A stretch of DNA of 64,000 nt. It comes from the human T2T-CHM13v2.0 reference genome, Homo sapiens. The stretch is taken from the NCBI RefSeq assembly GCF_009914755.1, contig NC_060927.1, one strand, 5' to 3'. A model generated the notes under the pieces. That model ran no database searches, had not been told where the DNA came from, and was given only the letters and a program-made list of their open reading frames with translations. The position numbers were made by a program, and so were the translations under genes. Below are positions 13,110 through 26,271 of this stretch, one piece after another (the stretch's first letter is position 1; every line of letters begins with the position of its first letter).

Positions 13110-13836
13110 CTATACCTCATGCCACCATCCTTAAAATCTTAGCTCAATATATCCTTATGCAAAAATCATTTTCTAACTGTCCAACAAAAGGCTAAACACC
13201 ACATCCTTTCACATTATTGTCCACATATATCTATTATTTGCACATCAGATAATAATTTTCTATTTACACCTGGATTATTACAATTGTCTCCATATAGATC
13301 TCCATGCCTTGAATGTCTTCCTCTTTTGAATCCACATGACACATTTCTACGATTACTAAATTTACAAAAAAAAAAAAAAAAAAAACAAACAAATAGGAAG
13401 CCCCAGGCAAACTCACTATATAACTAACCCCTTCTCCAGTCACTCCATTCTGATCTTTGGTTCAGGATGTAGCAAACTAAATTACTTTTCTCACTGCATG
13501 CCATGGTGCAAGGCTCTGTTATGCTTCTATGCATTTGTACATGCTTCTGACTGGAATGGATAGACCCACCTACTAATCCATCAAGTTTATCTCAAACATT
13601 ACTGCTCTATGGTACTTTCTCCCATCTTTCCCCATCCCTTCTTGTTAGCAATCTCTTCTAATGGCATCTCTTGGCACTTGGCAAATATTCCCCTTATAAC
13701 ATTCACTATACTTCCTTGTAATGATTTGTAAGTGCCTTACAGGCTGTTCTTTCTCATCTCAGCTCTGTATCTCATACACAGTAAATGCCCAGTAAAGAAC
13801 TGTTGAGAATGAATGAATGAATGAATGAATGAACGA
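13110..13836 (+). mobile_element. L2 remnants ending in a (GAAT)n tail
   Basis: L2 3' end (cacagtaaatgcccagtaaagaactgttg followed by gaatgaatgaat...). Confidence 0.6.
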
Positions 13837-15782
13837 ACAAATTAATGGGAAGAATAATTAGTTTTTAATCAAACTAAAGACAATCACAGAGAGGCAATTC
13901 TTTGCTTGCAATGTGGCTGAGCCTTAGAAGCATTTCTCATATTAAAAACTGGAGAGTAAATCTGAAAACAAAAGATAGAAAAGAAAAAAAAATAGAGGCT
14001 AGAAATGAAGAAACAGAAGGAAACAGAGTGGGGAAGGCAGGTGAAACAGGCAATGGGGAAGATTGATGGCATAATCTACTTCCACATAGGATCCTCATAT
14101 GTGGCTTCAGCTCAGCATACACGTGATTATCATAACTCCAGCAATGGGAGATTAAGCCTCAATTCCCCTCAGCAGGACTTTCCCATCACACATGTCTTTC
14201 CTACTGCCACTAGGGATTTAAACTACCAGCCATAAGAAGCTACACATTATATTAACTCACAGAAAGAGAAAGAAGCAAAGGCAATAACAGAATTACACCT
14301 TCAGAGTCCCTGGTGAAAGGGGTATTCTCCAAAATAAAGCTAATTATTTAAATGATGGCAGTCAGTCACTGGCTGGTCATTGCAGTGGCCATATGTATGG
14401 TAATGTATTGTAGCCCCTCTGTTGGATGAGTTTTCATGCTCTGAACATCTGCCTACTGCAAGCAAGAATATGTTCTATTTAGCCTGAGAAGAGTATCATA
14501 TGCACAGAATTACCCAGAACTAGAAATTCAGTAATACAAGCCAATTATTTAGGCATTGCAAGAAAGGGGTGTTGGGGTTTCGAAAGATCACTCAGTTGAC
14601 AAAAATAAGATACAGATTTAACTCAAATACTGATGTGTGGGTCAAATCTGAAGCCCAGTGGTAGATAGCTGTGAAAATGTCTAGTATGCTAATAATCAGG
14701 CCACAGTGAAATGGTGTCATTACTCCTTCTCATTATCTTCCCCTGTCCCTTTACTTCATTCTCCTGTCTCTCAATGAGAATGTCAATAAACCTCACTGGA
14801 GTTAAACACTGGAAGTATCTAATTTCTCCCCGGCAAGTTCTCAGGTTCTCTTTTCTCACAGATTTTTCATTAAAAATAGGGTAATAAATGAGAGTCTTGG
14901 AAGACATAAGGAAATCTGTCTAGTAACTTTCATTAATCAAAAAGCAAGAACATAATTTACTCATTCCCCTGAGTGACATGTTTTTGCTCCATCGCATGGC
15001 TCACTTCCTCTTCTCCCTCCCGCTGCTGGTTTCCTGTCTCTCTCTATCCCCCTATTATAAGGACAACAATTTCCTCAGAGCCGTCAAACACATCAAACCT
15101 TGGTAACAGCCTGCACAAGGATGTTTCTTAAAAGGCAACGTCTGAATATGACAAATGACATTAGCCCCGTGTTTGGCAGGGTCACAGCCAAAGCCAAGAC
15201 TGATATTTACAGTATACTTTATAAAACCACAAACATGTTCCTAAGTCCTATGGGATGTCATGTCACACGGAACATATATAATTAATCTTCTATTGTGACA
15301 TTTACCACCTTTCTCCTCAGGCAGGCCTCTCCCAGAGATAGTTAAGTAGCCACTGCCAGAGCTGCCACCTACCAGCAATAGTCGTGTGGGTGTTTTAGGG
15401 TCTGGCACCAATACAGCATCAGACCTATGCAGCAAGAGCATTTAGTACTCAGCCTTGAAAAAAGACTCAAACTTAACAGGTGATGCAGCGAAATATTTCC
15501 CTAGTGGAATAAAACTTTCAATGCTTGGAAGGGGTGCTGGCCTTGGAGAATTGGCTGCTATCAGTTTTGGACATTATATAAATTTGCCTTAATTTAGCTC
15601 TAACATGACACTATATTTCAAGGCTTGAATACACTGATATTGCAGAAGTGGAAGTTTCAAAACTGGATACTATCAGTTTCAATCTTTACAATACCTGAAT
15701 CAAGGCAGGGCCAGCAAAATGATTTGAATGGCTAAATAATAAAGTTTACTGAAAAATGTTAAAAGCTAGATTTCTATAGTAA

Positions 15783-15980
15783 GTATATACATACATACAT
15801 GTATGTATGTATACACACACCCACACACACTTGTGTCACATATGTGTGTGTATATATATGTATGTATATAAAGATACATGTATATATATAAATATATGTA
15901 TATATTTATGTATGTGTATATATGTATATATATTTATATATGTGTATATATGTATATATATTAATATATATGTGTGTATA

Positions 15981-16011
<31 letters not shown>

Positions 16012-16015
16012 TATA
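15783..16015. repeat. Compound (TA)/(TG)/(CA) microsatellite, low complexity
   Basis: Alternating purine-pyrimidine tract seen directly. Confidence 0.9.
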
Positions 16016-16549
16016 TCCAAGATTCCAGTTCTAAGTACTATTCTTCCTCTATGGCTAGTGCCCAAGCAGAAGTCCAAGGCCAGACATCTACATGTCCCAA
16101 GATTCTCTGTCCAGCAGTGGGAAGACCACGTAACTGAGGGCAGATTTCCAAATTCCAACATTATCACAGCACTGAAAACTGTTACACTTGGTCAGCTAGG
16201 CAAGTGCAGTTGTTAATCCCAGACTGAGCAATTGCCTAAGCAGCAAGTCCGACACACATTAAGATTGGCATATCCTTATGACACCCCTCCATGAATACAC
16301 ACAGAAATCTCAATTTTCATATGCTAGCTTTAACTCCATCGTTTTCTCTAATAGTCAAGAAATCAAATCAGTGAGCTGGAGTGTTTAGTGGAAATATGGT
16401 TGTTCCTTTCTACTGAATATAAAATTAAATAATTCACATGTTAGTATTTCATTATGAATAACAAGATAATCACAACACAATTGACAACTCATGAACAGAC
16501 TTTAGGATATCAAAACCCTATGGTTGAGCCATGCTTCACAAGATAATCA

Positions 16550-16720
16550 TACCATACGCCTTCTATGCCAGACATAGTGCTAAGAACTTTACGTATTACA
16601 TTTAATCATGATCACAGTCAGAAATATTAGATTATGTACCCAAGCTCATACAACTGGCAAAGTTTTGGATCCAGGATTTTAAAGCAGATTCTTCCTACTG
16701 CAAAGACCATGATCAACCAC
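16550..16720. mobile_element. MIR fragment
   Basis: ctatgccagacatagtgctaagaactttacg...cccaagctcatacaactggcaaag...aggattttaaagcag. Confidence 0.55.
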
Positions 16721-16951
16721 TATCCTATTTATAATGACTCTCCGCCTCAATCTTCACCTCAAAATCTTGGGTGCTCCCCAGTGGCAAGATCAAGGTCCTG
16801 CTAACTATGACTACAACCTTATTTATAGTCTTACTTACTCCCCGTACTCTAAGACTCAGGTCAAATGAATCCTCTTGGCAACTTCTCTGAAGATTCGACA
16901 CAAGTTATTGTTCTCCTCTAGTGCAGTGAGAGCTTCTACCCTCCTCTACTC

Positions 16952-17161
16952 TACTGCTCCTTCATCAGGGCAATTTTTCTCCCCAGGGAGTTATCTGGCA
17001 ATGTCTGAAGATATCTTCAGTTGTCACAACTGCGGTAATCCTACTAGTATCTAGTGGGAAGAAGCTCCAGTTGCTTGCTAAACATACTCAATGCACAGGA
17101 AAGCCTCTTACAACAAATAATGACCCATCCTGTCTCAATAGTGTGAGGTCGAGAAACCCTG
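16952..17161 (+). mobile_element. MER20 (hAT-Charlie)
   Basis: ccccagggagttatctggcaatgtctgaagatatcttcagttgtcacaact...gaggtcgagaaaccctg matches the MER20 consensus as I recall it. Confidence 0.85.
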
Positions 17162-19957
17162 GTGTATATGATAATCATCTTTGTAACTTCCTTAAGGAAT
17201 TTAACACTTTTCATCTTGCATTACATAATATACAGAATATTCTCAGAGGTAAGAGGCTATGTCTTACACAATTTTATATTACATATCCTTTTCCTTTTCA
17301 AGAGTGACTTACTGTTCTAAGTAACTAATAGGTGTTCATTAAGTGTTGGGGACCGTATGATTGATGAACAGTCTACAGACAGTTGACTCTTTAGGGTAAA
17401 TTCTGAAAGACACATTGGAAGAGTTGTGTGAAACAGTGACTGCATCATAGAATCTTGTAGATATGAGGTGGCCAACATATCAGATGAACAACAATCTCAT
17501 TTTAAATGCATGGATGACGAAGACCAGAGAAGTAAAATGAATTGACTAAGGTCACAGGGCAAGGGCCGCTTTCTTAGTCCTTAGACTGGGCTATATATTA
17601 AACAAAGCCAACACTATATAAGAAAAGGATCAAAAGCAGAAAATATCTCTTAAATAAGTAAAATTTCTCTTTTCTCAGGAGAATGAAAATCTCCTCATGA
17701 CATGTGTTAAGTACGTGAGTTGTTTTTTCTTTTTTTAATCATAAACACGCTATGCATCAGTGCTTCCTCTAATCATACTGTCAGTGGTGATCAATGCCTT
17801 TTACAGAGATTTGTGGAAACCACAAAGAGTCAAACGTTGCTAGTATGGAGATAAATGTCCTTGAAGGCTCTCAGCCTTAGCTCACCACTAAATGCCTCCT
17901 TGGAGGATGCTTTATTTTATCCCCACGTTATTACTGAAACAAGGCAGTGGTGCAGTTCTGACTCAGAAAAGTGTCCAGGGTACTATGTCAAGACCTTAGT
18001 TTATGACTCGTATGAAAGACAGCTCCATCCTGAATTTTCTTTCTTGTCATCTGTTGTCCCAGTCCTGGTGATTCCTCATCCAATTAGTTCATGAGTTCTC
18101 TGAGCTAACCCTGTGGACAACTCTTTTGTTATTTAAAAATAACAGCAACAAAACAACATAATTTAAAACTTGATACAGAGGTTGTGCTCTCTGTTAAAAA
18201 TTATGTGCCTCATTCTTGGGGCTGACCCAGTTCACCCACTTCTGTTAATAACTAGCTCACAACTGCTCACAAAATCACTTCTTAGTAGTATGAAACTCTC
18301 ACAGTGTGGCTGGGTATGTGCTCCAGCAAAAGAGACCCAAAGGCTTAACACGTCTGACTTCAAAAGGAATAGTCTGCTGCTGCATCCTCAATAGGTTGTG
18401 CTCAGCTGAGAGAACCCAAGCAGAAGATAATGCCACACTAGTCCAAGATTAAGGCAAAGTGCACTGTGTGCCAATAACTAAGCACAGTCACAATAATGGA
18501 GCAAGAATAAACCTGCCATTTGGACACAGTTATCCTGAGTCTCCAGATCTTTCTTCAGATAGTACGCCAGAGGCCTCATGAGTTACATGAACAGAACTTT
18601 TACTAGTGGAATCCCCACTTCGGGGCACACACACAAAATGGAAATGTTATCTTTTCTTATTCAAGACAGAACTGTTTCCTCTTCTCAACCCAGCTACTAA
18701 TCCACATGTCAGCATCTGTGCTGCATAACACATTTCCACATGTTGTCCCCATCGCAGGGTCTTCTATTTAACCCCATCCTTTCCTACATGAAAGAAAATC
18801 TTCACATAAATATTAATGAGTGTTAGACCCATGAGCAGAAAGGGATGACTCTCTCAGCATTTCATAATGATTGCACTTCTCTCCTTCTTCAAAAGCCACA
18901 ATTAAATCCCAGAGGGAAAATTATCTTCTGTGGATAATGCAAACACTGTTGTTTTAATATATGCACAGATTCATAATGATATTACTGTTATTAATAGTGA
19001 CAATAATGAATAAATTTGCTACTAGAAAATAAGTAGGTAGCCCAGATTTTATAACCCTATTAAATATCTCTGTATTTTATATGTTGCATATTATTTTTTT
19101 ATGAGATGACCTGAGTCACATATGCACTTTTATAGCTTCCTAGAGATACAAGAAAATGGAGCTATAACTTTTCATTTTCTCTCTATCATGTGTGATGTGT
19201 ATAAGAAATATGCATATGTATCAAAAAAAGAAAGCTGTATTTTACCTCAGCTCTTTGATCTGGGGGGTAGAGATTATTTTCCATATGATTATATTCAAAA
19301 CAGTCATATTTTTCCCATACACATTTAAATAAGAAGGAAAGAAATTAGCCACCAAAATCACTCACAAAAAAAATAAGAAAGAAAAAAAATCATCCACCAA
19401 AATAGAGCTCTCCACTTACAATGTATTGTTTCTCAAGTGACTTTTGTCATTGGATACTCCAAATAGGGGAGTCCAAAAATAACAGCACGTAATATTACAA
19501 GGCTTCAGAGTTCTGAAATCACAGTCTGAGTCAACTTTTTTAGGGTATTCAGAAATTTTGAGTGGCACTCACTTTGATGTGATCCCCAAACATAGCCTTA
19601 ATAATCTATTAAACTTCCTTGCTATATAAGAGATCATCAAAGAGATCAGGACAAGAAGAAACAGAATAACAAAACAGTATAAGGAAGAGAATAAAATGGA
19701 AAAAGAACATAGTTGTACAGATACTTGACATTTTTTAAAAGGCAGTTATTCATTGTCTCAAAGGCACTGAAGAATCAAAACCATTGTCTGATTGATATTA
19801 TATCAAAACATAAATTTGCCAACAATCCAATTGTTTTATCATCTTCTGTGCAATAATACAGCATGAAAGAATGGAAAATGCATTTATGATATTCTCAACT
19901 TGATGAGCAACTTACTGTACAAGTTGTCTATTCTTAGTTATCGTAACACTTGCTAAG

Positions 19958-20120
19958 TCAAAAAATCAGGTAGGATTTGGCCTTTTTCCTGTTCATTATA
20001 AGCAATTCTTGATGTTTTCTACTGGCCGGAGTGTATAGACTTTGCTTTCTGGCCATTGGATCAAGTCTGGGACCAGCATTTGAGGGGCGCACCAAAATGA
20101 GCTTCAGTGTTAGGAAGAGC
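19958..20120 (-). other. Candidate exon start (3' splice acceptor at 20120); 3' end not defined
   Basis: Minus strand caACTAACtttctgtgcag|GCTCTT: branch-point-like ACTAAC plus pyrimidines plus CAG. One frame is open to a stop at 19958 (LFLTLKLILVRPSNAGPRLDPMARKQ...SYLIF*), not recognised. Confidence 0.25.
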
Positions 20121-20232
20121 CTGCACAGAAAGTTAGTTGTGCAGGGAATACACAAGGCTAGACAATCCTGAGGTCTTCAAGTGTTGTGTGGTCCCCTTTG
20201 ACACTTCCCAGTGGTGCTCTGAAAGGCTTATC

Positions 20233-20418
20233 CCAATGGGCTTCAAAGTTTTTATTACATTAGAATCATCTGGAAGGTTTGTTAAAGCACAGATTGCTGG
20301 GCCTCACCCCCAGAGCTTCTGAGTTGGTAAGCCTGAGGTGGCCTAAGAATTTGCATTTCTGATGAGGTGTTAGAATGCCCATGCTTCTGGTCTGAGAAAT
20401 ATGTTTTGCAAATCATTA
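20233..20418. mobile_element. MER5A (hAT-Charlie)
   Basis: attagaatcatctggaaggtttgttaaagcacagattgctgggcctcacccccagagcttctga...gaatttgcatttct. Confidence 0.85.
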
Positions 20419-21154
20419 TTCTATTCAATTACATACAGATTTCCAGGACAATCTTGTCCTGGGTTCCACAAAAATCAATTTCCATCTTCATGTTTAAAAT
20501 ATAATGCCGCCACAATTTGGAATTAAAAATTAAACATTTAAGGAGTTACGTATTCTCTGCTTGACATCATTCAAATTTTTAGAAGTATTTAAATTCATTG
20601 ATATGGATACACACAACTAGAGATGGCCTTTTGCTAAAGAACATTTAATTCCACTGACAGATAAAAGGAAATATGGGGGATAGCCTCATCCTTTAAAATG
20701 TCAGTTTCTTTTTACATTGAAGAAATATTATGACTGGTGTACAGAAAAAATAGATTATAGCTTTCACATAGTTTGGTTTTTAACAGTTTTGCAAAGCCTT
20801 TCTTCCAATGTTATTTTATCCAACAAATATTTTATTAAATGTCAGCCTACAAAAGGCCTACTGTATGCATGGCACTCTGTCAGCCCCTTTGTAATATTTA
20901 AAAAATAAATAAATAGCAAGTTTCTGACTTAGAGAAAAGTTACACACACACACAAACACAACATCACAGCATATAATAAGGTGAAAGATGAAACTTTACA
21001 CAGGAAGATTGCCCTTTTTAGGAAAGCTCTGGCTTTTTTTATTTTATAGAATAGTGCTCTTCATCAATGGATCAGATGTTGAATTTGCAAATACTCTCAG
21101 CCTATGTCTTTCATTCTATTCAGTGCTGTTATTTATCTTTTTAGCTTTCCCTTC

Positions 21155-21473
21155 TGTCTTAGTCCATTTGGGTTGCCATAACAAAATACCATAAACTAGG
21201 TGGTTTATAAACAGCAAACATATATTTTTCAGAGTTTTAGAAGCTGGGAAGTTCAAGATGAAGGCACTGGCAGATTCGGTGTCTGCTGAGGGCCTGTTCC
21301 TTATAGACATTACCTTCCAGATGTGTACTCAAATAATGGAAGGGTGCTAATACTATTCATAGGAGATCTGCCCTCATGATCTAATCACCTCCCAAAGGTC
21401 CCACTTCCTAATATCATTACATTGGGATTAGGTTTCAACATACAAATTTTAGGGGGACACAATCATGATAGCA
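21155..21473 (-). mobile_element. MaLR LTR (MLT1A/MST-like)
   Basis: tgtcttagtccatttgggttgccataacaaaataccataaactaggtgg...ctaatcacctcccaaaggtcccacttcctaat...gggggacaca. Confidence 0.85.
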
Positions 21474-21519
21474 CTTTCTAACATAATTATCCTAATTATC
21501 CTATTCCTTTGACATTTAA

Positions 21520-22070
21520 CTCAACTAACATTTAATACGCATACTTAGATGACAGCCATTTTGTCTGGCAATGGGGAGAAAAAGTGGATTGGTCTACATG
21601 GTATCTCCCTAAAGCTACTTATAGTCTAATGGGAGAGAGGAACAAATAAAAAGGCATTCATGCTATGGGGAGTAAGCACTAAGACTAGAGAGAGGCAGCT
21701 GGACCAGACATGGTAAGGTTTTCTGAGTTTCCTAATACTTGAGGTGAATCTTGAATTTAAAGTAGGAGGGGCCAGACAACAAGGTTGTAATGAAGTAGAG
21801 GGAACAGCATGCCAAATGGTCTCACATCATAGTGGAACATATTGTGTTTATTAAGAAAATTTAAATTGTTCAGTATTGATTGAAAGAAAAAAGTGTGAAG
21901 AAACAATATAAAAATAATCAGCCAAATGGGACATCAAGCCCCAAAAGAGGAGTTTCCAAGTCATCTTAAGGAGCTTGGGTTTTACACGAAGGGTTGAAAT
22001 CCATTAACTTAGTTTAAGAAGATAATGGCAGGATAAGTTTTGTTTCCGCAGAAACAATCTTGCATTTTCT
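21520..22070 (-). mobile_element. L2 fragment
   Basis: Antisense L2 motifs (cttatagtctaatgggagagag; ggagcttgggttttac; ggataagttttgtttcc). Confidence 0.5.
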
Positions 22071-24199
22071 AAATTGTAACCATCGTTTCAGTTTTCTGAA
22101 TATTCTGTACCTTTTTGGATGCCTACCTGAAGCAAGCAAACTAAAAGTGATGAAAATAATTGATACCTTTAACTAGCCATTCACATGATATGATTTACAA
22201 AGTCAAATGTGTAGATGTTCAATGGCCACTGGGTGACTGATTCTGTTTCTCCATTTCTATTGGGGTGTTTGGTGAGGCATAGCCTCCAGTTGAGTCCCAG
22301 GACTGGACCTATCAGTCCAGCCAAGGCCTGAGTCATGTTGACTATTTCAAAAGGGCTGTTCTCATTCCTTTCTCACAGTTACAGATTTGCTTTTTACCAC
22401 TCCTCCAGAAGGAAAAAAAAATGCTGACTGGTGGCCTACTTGTTACCCACTGTGGCCTCTCTCAATTTTTCTACCCAAGCTGCACAAAGCTGTGATAGTG
22501 TTGCTCATTCTTATAGTCTTACACTCAGAATTCCCTCCACACGACTGTGCTCTTTGTTCTTTCTGCACATTATTCGGCTGATGTCTGATCGCTGTCCAAA
22601 TCCTCAATCATCTGGAATTTTCACTCTTTGCTTTAGGATATAGCTCATCAATGCCTTACTGTGCTGGCTTCTCACATTATTTTCATTTGATGGTTGTTCT
22701 GCACTCTTTATTTCCTACCTCTAATTTTCACCAAATTAAATTCAATAAATATATTTTCTTAATGTTTGGAACTTTGTACTAAAAACATGATAAAGGTGTT
22801 TTGAGTATAGACCTTAAAAGTAAAGCAAAAAAGGGAACTAAAATCATCTGAACTTTAATGCCTTTTTCCTTTTTTTAAAGAAAATTTAAAAATGAATACC
22901 TGTACTGTTCTATAATATCTTTGAAAGAAGCAACTTAATAAAAAATCAGAGTGCTTCTAGTTAATTTAACTCCCTCCAGACCCACATTCCTTCCAAATTG
23001 CACACTTCAAAACTACAGAGCCAAAGAACTTTAGATGCCCTCTGAGAATGCCTGAGGAGAAGGGGGAAAAAGATCCATGAAAGAAAATGAAAGTAAAAGC
23101 TAATTTATGGAGAGAAAAGGGAAAATGGTGAGGAAGTTTCAATTAATCTGTGATTGATTTAACACTTAAGAACAATTGTTAAGAAAAAAAGCAATATTAG
23201 CATTTAATTAATTATTTAGAAGCTATTTAAAGGAACATATTGTATAGTGTATTAAACCTATAGCCCATATGAAGAATGGATTGAAACTTGATAGGAGATT
23301 ACTAGCTTGAAAAATGAAAGGTTGATGTACCATAGGGACAATCCCATTCTAAGCTTAAAAACATGGGAATACAAACACATGAAGGAGAAAGGGTTACAGA
23401 CTGTTAAACTGACAAAATTTTAGATACCTGGACAGCCTGAAGTCATTGACACCTAGACTTTGTGATTATAAAGAGTCTAAAGTGCTCTACTGATTACCTC
23501 TGAAATAATAGACCTTCCGGATTTTTGTTCCTAGACAAAAGGGTGACTCTAATTTATATAGACATTGTAATATTTAAACAAATCTAACCCAGGATGTGGT
23601 TTCATAGGAACCAGAGTAATTACGGAAACTATTTGTCAAAGAGTAACTGACAGGCCAAGTGATGAATGGAATCTAAGGCAGGATGACAGTACTCTCCTGT
23701 AATTCCACAGAGCATGATTCCAACAGTTGCTGTTGTCACTTTTGCTTGTTGGGAAGCTTGTTCTGTATATGTGCATGTAAAGGTGTTAAAACCATCAAAG
23801 CCTCTCTCTGATATTTTGTTGTTGTTTTTACTTATATTCATGATGAGGGAAGGAGAGAAAACAAAAAAAACATATCTTTGCAAGTTAGTGTTAATGTTAG
23901 GTACAAGAAAGTGCATGAATGCCTGTTCCCCACACTCCGCACACCCAAACCTACACTCTCTGCCTGCTAGATTCTGTCACTCTCTATGGCTTCCAGGACA
24001 TACTGCTTATATGCACAGTACTATAAATTTGAGAAAGTCCATTCTGCAGCTTTGTTCTAATCCAACCTCATGTCTCTTCATGTGGAAGTCATCATTGTGA
24101 CTCTGAAACAATATACTTTCTCTCTCCTGCTATGTTAAATTCACTACCCATCTAGCCATCTTTGCTCTTAATAGCATCAGTCTCCAACCACATAATGAT

Positions 24200-24400
24200 A
24201 CAGGTTCTGTTTTAAATATTTTACACATAATCTCATTGATTATAAATATCATATAAATTGAGGCTGCTATTTTCATTTTTCAGATGAGGAAACAAAGGCT
24301 GAAGTATGTTAAGTAACTTGCCCAAGGTCTCAGAATTAAGAAGTTGTGAAGCCAGGACTGTAATGTAGGTCTCTGCTTCTACAATCTGAATTCTAAACAC
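24200..24400. mobile_element. MIR
   Basis: MIR core cattttt cagatgaggaaacaaaggct...gttaagtaacttgcccaaggtc. Confidence 0.8.
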
Positions 24401-25289
24401 TGCTAATCAACAACTGCTTTGCCTCAAGGAGTAGAGAAGCTGCTAATGTCAGCATTGTTGCATTTTAGTGTTAATCCACCTTATCACTGGTTCAGAATTA
24501 GACTAAATCCAAACCCATATTCCCCTGTTGATGATATGAAACGGTCACTGTTTTTTTTTTTTCTTTCTTACCCATCAATGGACATTTTGTACTATAAAGT
24601 ATATGCCATGCAAATTAGATGGAGAAGCAGAAAGCAGGCTATTAGACCCTAGGGTTATCATTTTGGGAAAGAATTGAGGAAAATATGCAAAGGAACATGA
24701 AATGCTTTCTTCCTTCCCATGACTTTATATAGAGGCTTGGATGAATTTTAAACACATATATTAAGATTTAAGGATTAAACACTTAGTGATGGAAGTTCTT
24801 TTAAACTCTAAACCGAAAGCCTTCAACTTTGCAAGATAAGGGTTAAAGAAAATTAAAAGGACATTTTGCTGAAGGCTGGTGGAAAGAAGGATCTAACTAC
24901 AGCTGCTGGTGGTTCTCTTTTTAGGCTGACCTTCTTCTGCCTCCTGGGGGGATATATTAGCATGTCCAGAAACTGCATGCCCATGAAATATTTGAAAATT
25001 TGCTAACTGTAGAAAGCTTACCAAAAGGTACACGTGCTATCCCTGTTGCTGTCAGTTAAAATGTAATCAATAAAAACTACAGGGCCAGCCTTTCCCCAAA
25101 GCAAAAATGTCCTGCTGAAGTACTGTCTTCTAAATATCTTTTTAATTTCTGATGGCACTACAGCTATCCTCATTCTTTGGGGTTTTATACTTTACCACAT
25201 ATGTCTATTTAAGGTCAAGCCATGGCATCTCTTTTAGGTTCATGTCTTACAACTTGTTGCATATATGAATCACATACAATGTGCTACAA

Positions 25290-25515
25290 TGGAAGAATCA
25301 TGATCTTTAGAGTCTGGTCCAAATCCAAGTCTCATGCTTATCAGTTACATATAATTAACCTCGCTGATGTTTAGTTTCTTAGCTATAAAATGGTGAATAT
25401 AACAAAACCTCCTAGGTTTATCATGAAGATTATAAGTGAGATAATACTTAAAATATATTTAATACATTGCCTAGTACATTGTGAACTCTTAACAAATGGT
25501 AGTGGACATTATTAT
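25290..25515. mobile_element. MIR
   Basis: ttagtttcttagctataaaatgg...acctcctaggtttatcatgaagattataagtgagataat. Confidence 0.7.
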
Positions 25516-26271
25516 CATACGTGAAGACCATTTATAGTAAGTATTCATTTAATTCCTATCTTGTCATTATTAGAATGGCTAGATTCACCTTACTCACAAA
25601 TGACACAAGCACATCTAATTTACTTCAGTTTCTTCTCTTTGTCTTTAGTATAATCTATTCCCCAGCCAAGAAAGTTATTCTATACACTGCTACATGAAAT
25701 TTTTCTCAAGCGTTTCCTACTTAAGACCCCCCAAGGGACTTAAGAACATCTTAGAACCCCTATGACATTCAAATTAAATATAAATTGATCTGCTCTTCAC
25801 TAATTCACCTGTTCTACCTGTCCTACCAAACTCTTTTCTTAGCTTTCACAGACATTTGATAATAGGAGAGCCAGGTTATCCCACTATCTGAGGCATGATT
25901 TACCTATCACACCTGGAAGTTTATGAAGTTTTTATTCTATCTCACCCTAACCAGAAAACCACATTATGTTACTGTCAATTCATGTTTCTCTCCTTTTACA
26001 AAACCATTCATGCTTCCTTGATGGCTTCAAATTAACACCACTCAGTGCTGATGAGATTTCTCAATCTACAGCCACTCAAAGTGTTTGCTTTCGGTTTGCT
26101 TTTTACTTGTGTGTTTATATTCCTTTCCTTAGAAAATTTATTCGTTATTTGTTTACCCTTGATGCTAATACATTCTATGAAGCAAGGTAACAAACATTTT
26201 ATATGCTGTCTTTGCCAAAGCTGGTGAAGATATCAGGATACCAGAATAAACGTTCATAGATGACTACACCA

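Noticed and set aside
15807-16216. Several Y/I/C-rich ORFs
   Set aside because: Translations of the (TA/TG) microsatellite.
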